From Selaginella moellendorffii (lineage: Eukaryota; Plantae; Lycopodiophyta), in contig NW_003314622.1 in assembly GCF_000143415.4 (NCBI RefSeq), positions 1-8,687 on the forward strand: DNA of 8,687 nt. The letters are read 5' to 3'. A program made the position numbers and the translations under genes. Shown piece after piece: positions 1 through 7,980 of this stretch. The notes beneath the pieces were generated by a model that was given only the letters and a program-made list of their open reading frames with translations, made no database searches and had not been told where the DNA came from. Numbering within the stretch: the first letter of the stretch is position 1; each line of letters begins with the position of its first letter.

Positions 1-66
1 AAAAAAAGGCGATCAAGTGCCCCCCAGACGGCAGTCGCGTGTTTCCTACACGGCGCGGTTCTTGCT

Positions 67-693
67 CTATTCTGACTCTTCTTGTTCTTTCTGCTCTTTG
101 CGGCTCTTCTTTTTGGTGGGTGTAGTGTTCGAACCCGAGGCAATGGCATCACCGAGTAGCTTCTTTTTTGGAGGAGAGTCGGACGTCGGCTTGAGCTTGA
201 CCACCCTTTTCTGCTTCGGGGTAGTTTCCAGATCGACCCCCTTCCCCTTCGCTTCGCGAACTGGAGGCACTCTCAACGGCTCAATGTTGGAATATAGTTT
301 TTAAACATCGCCGTAGGTGAGGTCCGTGGATTCCATGTGATCTTCATAGACCCGCAGCGTCTTTGAAATTGTGGGCCTCCTGGATAACCTCTCCCTAGCT
401 CCCTCTAGGAATTCCTCATAGCCGCTGCCCCCCTCCGGGAAGCCGCTAGGATGTGCAAGGTGGATCTTGAAGGCAGACGCTGTCTCTACCACAAGTGCCA
501 GTCCATATTCTTGCATGGAACTGCATGGAGTGTCTGTCACTTGGATGAGGATCCCCATGCATTCTTTTCTCCCACCATCTGTGTTGTACAGCCTCAGATC
601 CTCGCCTTCCATCCCGAAAGTCCAACTGGTGAGTTCCTCCCCCTTCTCTGCATCCACATTGACAGTGGCTGGAAGAAGAACGCAATTCCTCGC
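67..693 (-). pseudogene. Gene of unknown function (globular region followed by a Lys/Ser/Pro-rich, NLS-like tail), interrupted by an in-frame TAA
   Basis: ORFs 301-714(-) and 67-276(-) are in the same frame and joined through TAA at 301-303 (...TYGDV*KLYSNIEPLRVPP...). A splice-acceptor-like TTGTGCATTTCTGAACAG ends at 694 on the minus strand. The TAG at 67-69 may be the true stop or another premature stop (next TAG at 46-48). No family recognised. Confidence 0.5.
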
Positions 694-748
694 CTGTTCA
701 GAAATGCACAACAATTAAAGCTGACAGATGAAAAGCTAGCAGCTGGAA

Positions 749-770
749 ATAACGTGAGGCCACACGCCAT
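749..770. repeat. 22-bp palindrome family copy (ATAACGTGAGGCCACACGCCAT)
   Basis: Degenerate match to ATGGCATG-nGGCCn-CATGCCAT, located upstream of the left gene's putative acceptor. Confidence 0.7.
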
Positions 771-834
771 TCACCACTGCATCAGATGTCTTGAGGCTGC
801 ATCGCGAAATGTCACGACGGTTGGTAATCCTGCC

Positions 835-961
835 ACGTCATCATTCCTCGGACTTGGGCGCCACCATTAATTTCTGGATCGGCGCGCGAATGCGTGAAAT
901 CCAAAAGAAATCCGCAACGTCATCATTCCTCGGACTGCATGCACGCGAAATCCAAAAGAAA
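835..961. repeat. Imperfect local direct duplication
   Basis: ACGTCATCATTCCTCGGACT at 835-854 and 917-936; GAAATCCAAAAGAAA at 896-910 and 947-961. Confidence 0.85.
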
Positions 962-1071
962 GATCATGATTGGGATATCATTTAATACCCTCGCTATATT
1001 TATACCATGCATGATTGGATATTCCAAAGCATCTTGTATTTCCAAAAATGCCAGATGTTCAGCTAAATAAA

Positions 1072-1197
1072 TTGTCAGAGGATTTGATGTGACGTTCAAG
1101 CGAGTGGGCTCATGCAATTTTGATCCCAAAAAATGCACCAAAAAATGCTCGGCGTCATCTGGCGTTATCTCTTGAATGGCGTGGGGCCGCATGCCAT
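1072..1197. repeat. Dispersed repeat block re-used in two pieces at 2032-2128 and 2336-2370; ends in palindrome copy 1176-1197 (ATGGCGTGGGGCCGCATGCCAT)
   Basis: GTGGGCTCATGCAATTTTGA(T/A)CCCAAAAA(A)TGCACCAAAAAATGCTCG...TTGAATGGCGTG is shared with 2032-2128. TTGTCA(G/A)AGGATTTGATGTGACGTTCAAGCG(A/T)GTG is shared with 2336-2370. Confidence 0.85.
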
Positions 1198-1302
1198 TTT
1201 CAGGAGCACATAGGAGTATATTCCTAAAATATTTTGACACGCGCGATATTGTTTTGAGTTTCCTGGAGATCCAACCGTTAGATCGCAACTAGATTTTACA
1301 GA

Positions 1303-1548
1303 ATGGTATACAATGTCCTTCTTGATGACCCTGCAAAGAAGCATCTCGATCAGATACCACATAAGACCACACGAGCCTTACAATGTTTCAGGGGCATTTG
1401 CCATAGATCCGACCGTTATTTTGCTCCAAGATTCTACAGTTTGGTGTGCATTGACCTTTCCATTGACACTGCAAAGGGACATCTCAATCAGATGCGGGAT
1501 CACAAGAAACCAACTTCACTAACTCTGGTTTCACCAAGATCTACGTAA
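1303..1548 (+). CDS. Possible small exon/ORF of unknown function
   Basis: 81-aa ORF preceded by TTTTACAG|AATG (same acceptor-A-ATG layout as the transposase start) and ending at a donor-like GTAAGG at 1545. No recognisable homology. Confidence 0.2.
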   Translation: MVYNVLLDDPAKKHLDQIPHKTTRALQCFRGICHRSDRYFAPRFYSLVCIDLSIDTAKGHLNQMRDHKKPTSLTLVSPRST

Positions 1549-1670
1549 GGAGTTATGAAATGAAAGGACCCTTTCTATTGAAATGTGTTTATGGTCCTAG
1601 GGGCATTGTGACATATCAAAGGATTTTGCATCAAGTTCTGTATTTGCATGTTTATCAAGCTATTGAATTG

Positions 1671-1696
1671 CTAAACCCTAAACCCTAACCCTAAAC
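1671..1696. repeat. Short interstitial plant telomere-like tract / telo-box (CCCTAAA)n
   Basis: CTAAACCCTAAACCCTAACCCTAAAC: about 3.5 units of the TTTAGGG complement with one CCCTAA variant. Confidence 0.8.
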
Positions 1697-2031
1697 ATGT
1701 GGCAAATGCTGCGTGAAGAAAGATGCCCTTTCTGGGCAAATGCTGTAAGAGGCAGATGCCGAGTAGATGTATCTCAGGCTAGCGAAGGGGACAAACGAAA
1801 GCTAGCTATAAACATAACGGGATGCAAATAGATTACTATGTTGGTCCTGCAAAAATCAAAAACCATAATTGAAAATATTGAAAATGCAAAAAGAAAGGTT
1901 TATAATATTTTTGAATTTTAAACAACCAAAGGAATGTAAGTAGGGCATGTGTTTGTAAGTTTAAAAATGCCTCAACCACTTAAATTCCCAAGTAAATAAA
2001 GCTGTTTCTATTTTTGGTACACGTAAACTTT

Positions 2032-2128
2032 ATAGCGTGTGGGCTCATGCAATTTTGAACCCAAAAATGCACCAAAAAATGCTCGACTAGCATTATTCTT
2101 TGAATGGCGTGTGGCCTTATATTGCCAT
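2032..2128. repeat. Second copy of the 1097-1197 block, bounded by two degenerate 22-bp palindromes (2032-2053, 2104-2128)
   Basis: Direct alignment with 1097-1197; ATAGCGTGTGGGCTCATGCAAT and ATGGCGTGTGGCCTTATATTGCCAT. Confidence 0.8.
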
Positions 2129-2458
2129 AAATGGACGTACACACACAGCATAATTATTCCTTTACACGGCGAATAATCTTGGCGCGGATTGCTGACATGG
2201 CATGGCAAAGTTCGAATCACTGACATGGCACAGCTGGATCGAGGCAAGGACATGATGTGACAAAGTTCAACCTCCGACAGCAAAGTCTAGAAGCTACTCA
2301 GTTTGAAATTTGTCAAAGGAATCATAAGATCTGGTTTGTCAAAGGATTTGATGTGACGTTCAAGCGTGTGTTATTTTTGAATTCTCGAACTCATTCCTAG
2401 GTCTATCATTTTTGTGCGCCGTGTTCTTGGTTCCGCTGAGCGCAGTGAGCGCTGCTTG

Positions 2459-2626
2459 TGTAAGCGGCATTGTGAGCTGTGGTTTATGCGTCTACAAGCG
2501 GTTGCGGCATTGCGAGCGCCATTGCGAGTGGCAGTTTATGTGAGTGGCAGTTTGTGCGAGCGGCGCTACGAGCAGTTCCGGTGTTGCGAGCGGCGCTACG
2601 AGTAGTTGCGGTGTTGCGAGCGGCAC
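2459..2626. repeat. GC-rich degenerate minisatellite with TGCGAGCGGC core and a 30-bp higher-order unit
   Basis: 2555-2584 and 2585-2614 differ at only 2 of 30 positions, with a partial third unit from 2615. Shorter 12-18 bp T(G/A)(C/T)GAG(C/T)GGC variants lie upstream. Confidence 0.85.
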
Positions 2627-2679
2627 TGTCTTTGGTGTGGCTACCGCTTCCTCTTGATATTCGGCACTTGTGCTTCCTG

Positions 2680-3176
2680 GTATGTTCACCATGGAATGGT
2701 TTAGGACCACATTTAGAAATGGCATGAGGCCACATGCCATCTTGGGCCCTTGCAATTTCATGGCTAGCGTATTGTCATGTATGTTTTTACTTGCCTGCAG
2801 CTGTGTGTATATCAAGATGGCATGAGGGCTCATGCCAATTTTGTGAATGCGAAATTTCACGTGGGTGTCATTGGCATGTTTGAATAATGGCATGTGGCCT
2901 CATGCTATTTGTCATGTCATGATTTAGGCCATTCTCCAATCATTTTTTGTATGTTTTTAACTTCTTTTCTGCACTTTCAGATTGGCCTTTAGGGTTGGGG
3001 AAAGAGGTTTACATTTTGAATGGTGGGAAGAGAGTGCAAAAGGGACCCAATTTCACGTGGGTGTCAATAGCATGTTTGAATAATGGCATGTGGCCTCATG
3101 CTATTTGGTATGTTATGATTTAGGCCATTCTCCAATCATTTTTTGTATGGTTTTAACTTCTTTTCTGCACTTTCAG
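2680..3176 (+). other. Putative 5'-UTR intron of the transposase gene
   Basis: Donor-like CTG|GTATGT at 2680. Strong pyrimidine-rich acceptor TTTTAACTTCTTTTCTGCACTTTCAG ends at 3176, followed by A then ATG 3178. A duplicate acceptor ends at 2980. The donor position is uncertain. Confidence 0.5.
2719..2740. repeat. Consensus-like copy of the 22-bp palindrome (ATGGCATGAGGCCACATGCCAT)
   Basis: Self-complementary except for one A/A pair. Further copies nearby at 2817-2838, 2887-2908 and 3083-3104. Confidence 0.9.
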
Positions 3177-3244
3177 AATGGCCTTTAGGGTTGGGGAAAA
3201 GGTTTACATTTTGAATGGTGGGAAGAGAGTTGCAAAAGGGACCC
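2853..3244. repeat. Tandem duplication of a 196-bp unit (2853-3048, 3049-3244) covering the splice acceptor and transposase start
   Basis: Copies differ by 7 substitutions and 2 single-base indels by manual alignment. Copy 1 reads CAG ATTG GCC where copy 2 reads CAG AATG GCC. Confidence 0.95.
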
Positions 3245-4919
3245 TTGTGTCTATGGATCGGAACTTTGTTATACACTGTCAAAGGCTTGGGGAAGGCAAT
3301 GCTGCTGTATCAGTAGAGACTGTCTTCGATGGGAATGTGGTCGCTGTTGAACGAGGAGAGATGGTCGTCGGGGTAAATGTTGTTGTTGCCTTGAAAAATC
3401 TGTAGAAGAAAGCAGATGTTGGGGACAGCACAAGTGCGACGCATGTTCCCTCCGTGGATCTTAAGAACCGTGCTACATGGATTCAGGCAAAGGTGTTTCT
3501 AAACAACCCCGAGGGGGAGGTGGTAGCTGAGGGCTTAGCCACAGTTGTCGATCCAAGAGAGGCGGTTGCTAATCAAGAATTGGGCTGGGATGATATTGGA
3601 GTTGCGATTTTAGAGGTTGTTGACACAGAAGAAAACAGTCTGACTATTGGAAGCATTGTGCGGTAGAAATTGAGGCATTTAGTGTTTGAGAATGTGAAGG
3701 ATTCACAATCAAACACCACTACAACTGATGACAGAACATCTCTTCATGGGAAAAGAAAGTACACCTTCCTACAGCGCAGCCAAAGGGATCTGAGCAAAGA
3801 ACCGAAAAGGCAGAAAATGGCGATGGAGGTTCGAATGGTCTCGACAGTTGCTTGTTGCAAGAGGAGGTGCTGTCAACATGCTGATTGGGATGCTATTGAA
3901 GAGGAGAGAGCAAGATACAAGACATTGTCCTGGAAGGCAGCTCGCAATTTTGTGTATGAGGCATTACGGTCATCTGTTGATGCTTCAGAACATCAGGTGG
4001 GGGGCATGGTCTTCCAGAGGGGTTTGGTCTGCATGAAGGCATGGAGAATCATTTATGGAGTCCCTCGAACCACATTCTACAGAATCAAAACTGAGTTCGA
4101 GGAACAAAGGGTTCAACAGGAAGTCCATGGGAACGACAGTACGCACAAAACCAGGGGTCATGTTGTATATGGAGAGGCAATCTTCAAGAGGTTTGTCGAG
4201 ACATGTAGCGAGCAGCAACCACATAAAACCCGCCTCTTGGAAGATGGAACACGAGACACCCAACGAGTTCTCCCTTCCATGTATACCAAGGGGGCCATAT
4301 TGGAAGATGTGAATCGGGAACTCCAGAGTAATGGCTACAGAAAGCTGAGCCAATCTAGATTTAGTAGATTGTGGAGCAACAGGTTCAGGGATGTGAGTAT
4401 AGGAAAGTACTCCAGCTTTTCAAAGTGTGACGAGTGCACTACTATCAAAATGGCTTTGTCGAAGAATTCTTGCAGCACTCAAAAGCGAGAGACATTGGTT
4501 AGAAGGCGGCTCGACCACAACATCGAGCAAAGAAGCTGCAGGACTGCATATTATCATAATAGGATTCTCTCCATGGAGAGACCTGACTCTTACCTCTGCA
4601 TCATCCACGACAAAATGGACCAGAAAAAGACGTGCTTACCTCGACTCAATCCTGCCCCCAAGGCAATCTCTTCATCCATGCAGCTGCCTGTGTCTCTGTT
4701 TGGCATAATCGCTCATGGGCATGGTGCCCAGAATTATGGGAACTTCTTTGTACCTCTATGGGGTGGCGGGGGTGCAAACATGATGATTGTGTCCCTAGCA
4801 AAACACTTAAGGTCTCTGCAAAGTGCGCAGACTGAGCTGAACGGCCAACCCTTGCATAAGGCCCTTGTCGATCGAACCCCATACAGGGTTCAGCTGGAGG
4901 AGGAGCAAAGGCTTGCAGT

Positions 4920-4998
4920 ATCGTGTGGGGCCCCATGCCATCCCAGTGAATATGTTGGCCGTCAGATTGTAGGGTTATCACGTGAGGCCTCATGCCAT
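4920..4998. repeat. Two palindrome copies inside the transposase CDS (4920-4941, 4977-4998), 57 bp apart
   Basis: ATCGTGTGGGGCCCCATGCCAT and ATCACGTGAGGCCTCATGCCAT; translated as SCGAPCHPSEYVGRQ and SREASCHSDEAGRP. Confidence 0.8.
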
Positions 4999-6232
4999 TC
5001 CGACGAGGCTGGTCGCCCGGTGAATGCACAGCCTCATCCAAATGAAGCAGAATCTCAAGGAAGTTCTTGCGGCCAATGTGGCCTTCCACCCCATCTTCTG
5101 CTCCAAACAGACAATGCTGGCAGTGAGAACAAAAACATGTACGTCTTCGCGTACTTGGCGATGCTTGTTGCCAAAGGCATATTTGAAATGGTTACACTTG
5201 GCTTTCTCATGGTTGGGCACACTCATGAAGACGTCGATGCCATGTTCAGTCACCTGGTAGAGTCCCTCCGGCGATCCAATGTCCTCACCCTCCCACAACT
5301 CTACGATGAATTCCAAAATTGCATCAAAGGCACTGTTGAAGCTGCACTTGTGACAGAGGTTCCAGACTTTAAGGGGTTTGTAAAAGGCTACATCAGGGAC
5401 GGATCCGAAACGCTGATTGGCCACTCTAAGCCTCTTCAGTTTCATTTCAGCATGCGTGACGGTGCTCCAGTGATGAGGTACAAGATGAGAGAATGGGACA
5501 CAGTGTGGCTGCCAGTGGATGGCATTGAACTCTTCAAGAGAGATCCCATAACTGGGGAACCTATGATTCCTCAGGGTTCCCCACAGCCGATGCACCCGTA
5601 TGGACTCAAAGACCAGGAAAGTATAGTGGCCGGGATTAGATAGCATATTGCCTTCTGGAAGAGGGGGTTGGTGTTTGGTGGAGAATCCTATTTTAAGAGG
5701 TGCAAGCCTTTGCTCGAATACTGGGAGAAGATTATATCTGCTATCCAAAATGGGCCGGTTGTATATGAAGAATTGGAAGAGTCCTTTTGGCCAGAACCCA
5801 GAGCACCAGATAGTAGCGGAACAATGTCCTCTGGAAATGCAGTGACAGATAACGATGTTGAGGATCACTATTGTGGGCCAAGGAACAAGAAGCCAGATTC
5901 AGCATTCAATCCAGTACAGGTCTACAAAGGAATGGTCGTGCTTGTCAGACCCAGTAATAAAAAACAAATGATATGGGTGGGGCGCTGCATCACTGATGCA
6001 GAGGAGGACGCGGAAACTAACTCCTTCAATGTAACTGTGGAGTGGTTCAAGCCAAGTTCCGGATATACGAAGGATTGCCTAGAAAAGAGATGGGTGCTGA
6101 ATCCAAGGGATCCCAGCATGAGCATATCGGTGGATAATGTTGTGCATGGTTGGATGCGGAAGCAGAGTGCCACCATCACCTTGCCAAACCATGCAAGAGA
6201 TGTAGCAAGAGCATTCATAACCCGGGTTCAAG

Positions 6233-6284
6233 GTGAGATTCATTAATATTCCTTTACTAAGTTTCTAATGTATTTTATTTCAAG
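6233..6284 (+). other. 52-bp GT-AG intron before the last transposase exon
   Basis: CAAG|GTGAGA donor, AT-rich body, CTAAT branch-like site at 6265-6269, TATTTTATTTCAAG acceptor. Splicing gives ...RVQGEQSESESEEA-TGA (6317-6319). Confidence 0.7.
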
Positions 6285-6318
6285 GTGAACAATCCGAATC
6301 TGAATCAGAGGAGGCATG

Positions 6319-6393
6319 ATGGCATGTGGCCCTTTGCACTAGTATATCTTAATACCGGTCTGAGAAATAGAATGGCATGTGCCCTCAGGCCTT
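6319..6393. repeat. Two degenerate palindrome copies immediately 3' of the transposase stop (6319-6340, 6372-6393)
   Basis: ATGGCATGTGGCCCTTTGCACT and ATGGCATGTGCCCTCAGGCCTT; left arms perfect, right arms decayed. Confidence 0.65.
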
Positions 6394-7924
6394 TTACTAA
6401 ATCACCTTTGAAAGAAATGCAAGCCTCTATGTCGTAAAAAAAAGGTACTAGAGAAATTCCTTAATAATATGAATGTTATTTAGTTTCATGAAAATACACT
6501 AAGGGTCAAATGAGTTAAATGACGTCTCCAGACTAGCAATGCCTCTTGCTACACCTTCACAATTAGATTCGTTAGAAAAAGATAACATTGAATAATATCT
6601 AAATGTTCTCACCATTAAGTTATATGTCTAGCTAATAGGAATGACGTTCATCTTGGAAAGCTCACCACACGCTCAATGAACAAACAAATAGTGTGTGTGC
6701 GCATGCCATCGCTCTTCTTTAGCTTCAGATTTGGCTTGTTCACCTTGACAATGAGATTTATTATACAACCAGATGGACTCAGTCTGGACACAAAGTCACT
6801 GCACTAGTCACCATGCCCTAGATATGTCTAGCCCCTGGACAGAAAACATATAATTTCACGTCATTTTCAAATACTTGAAAATTTGTACCTAGTCCCATTT
6901 TATTGAATAAATCCCACTTTAACGAAATAGAGCTTTGATGTAGTTGTGGTAAACAACTACAGTTGGGATCATGGGAAAGATGCAGACTCCAGAACAATAA
7001 AGGAGTCACAAGATTACCCTTATATAGTTGAGGCTGGTACTCATAAATTTGAGACCGGAATTGGTAACCGTGGAAGGTCATATACAGAAGAGGACACAAG
7101 TCCTCGAAATGGTAGCCGGGGCTACCTCTAATAAATGCTAAAACAACCCAAGGAGTTGGGGTGTACTTAAAGATGAGTTGCTATTCTCATCACATGGACA
7201 AGTAGTCCTAAGGGGCAAACGTTAGCCCTAAGAAAATCATCAAGTGTCGGAGTAACACTTGCAAAGATTGTTCTTGTGAGTAGGACATGAATACAAAAAG
7301 TTGTGTTCTAGTGAGTTGGCACCTTGAAGACTAAGACCTCACAGGTTGTTAGATTACCAAAGTCCAAAATGCTGGATGACTCAAGTGGAGTCAAGGAATG
7401 GTTCTAAGGGATTGGTTGAAGCATTTGGACTAAGGTGTATAGTGTCCCATGAGGTATGGGGAGGATCATAAGATCCAAGTATGAGAACAGTAGGTGCCTC
7501 ATTGATGGCAGAATGTGCCATACTAAAGTTGTGGGAAAAAGCTCTATTTCGTTAAAGTGGGAATTGTCATTATCCCACTTGTAAAATAAGGTTTCCAAAC
7601 CTTTATATAGTATATAAATATAACAAAATTCAATTGTATTGAGGCACATGCCATTTTATTTTAAACAAAGAAATGTCTACTCAATCACTTCTCCTCCCCC
7701 TGCCACTACTTCACCTCTCTCTTCTCCTTGTCATCGTCGTCCAATTTCTTTCCATCCTTTTAATATTGGCTCAGTTGCTCCGAGTCTAGGTGGAGCCCAA
7801 GTCCCCATTCAATCTTTACTTTCCCCTTATTAATAAAACAACTTCGTAGACTTCCAATAACATGCTGTAACACTTCTAGTATAATGCAAATCCTCTCAAA
7901 GAATTGTCTTTTAATATTAATACA

Positions 7925-7946
7925 ATGGCATGGAACCCCATGCCAT
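7925..7946. repeat. 22-bp palindrome copy with perfect 8-bp arms (ATGGCATGGAACCCCATGCCAT)
   Basis: Perfect arms with a 6-bp spacer, 35 bp downstream of the stop of the minus-strand phosphatase-like gene. Confidence 0.85.
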
Positions 7947-7980
7947 AATAAGTTACATTTTTAAATAAATACATACCATC

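Larger units (their letters stand above)
3178..6319 (+). pseudogene. Sola-like/DUF7869-type DDE transposase, about 1029 aa, disrupted by three in-frame TAG codons (3403, 3664, 5641)
   Basis: ORFs 3178-3405, 3454-3666, 3670-5643 and 5668-6246 are all in the same frame. Motifs: CCKRRC, VCMKAWRIIYG, HGN, SFSKCDEC...H (Zn-binding); RNase H-like catalytic motifs IIHDKMDQ (D codon 4609), LLLQTDNAGSENKN (D codon 5110) and FLMVGHTHEDVDAMFS (5215-5238). Family assignment is from remembered motifs, not a search. Confidence 0.85.

Noticed and set aside
1806-1812. TATA-like CTATAAA
   Set aside because: Common in AT-rich DNA and not linked to a supported transcription start.
2414-2893. Overlapping ORFs on both strands around the minisatellite
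   Set aside because: They result from GC-rich repeat sequence lacking stops; MRPHAI/MACGLM-type peptides are just translations of the palindrome.
4646-5868. Long antisense ORFs 4646-5089 and 4990-5868 (-)
   Set aside because: Shadow ORFs of the transposase coding strand with no motifs.
3178-6319. Alternative genetic code with TAR = Gln (internal stops all TAR, natural stops TGA)
   Set aside because: Only three TAG and no TAA occur among dozens of ordinary CAA/CAG codons, and the TAG at 3664 fits Trp better. Mutational decay is more parsimonious.
6319-6343. Helitron 3' end (hairpin followed by CTAG-T)
   Set aside because: The hairpin is weak and directly abuts CTAG, no Rep/helicase is present, and it is better explained as a decayed palindrome copy.
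6931-7584. Heavily decayed + strand gene (frame of ORF 6946-7131 continuing to 7584)
   Set aside because: The stretch is purine-rich and partly protein-like, but it has 10 internal stops in 218 codons, about the random expectation, and no recognisable motif. TBLASTX against other copies would be needed.
749-7946. CRISPR array or bacterial REP interpretation of the palindromes
   Set aside because: Spacing is irregular, there are no uniform spacers or cas genes, and the context is eukaryotic with introns.
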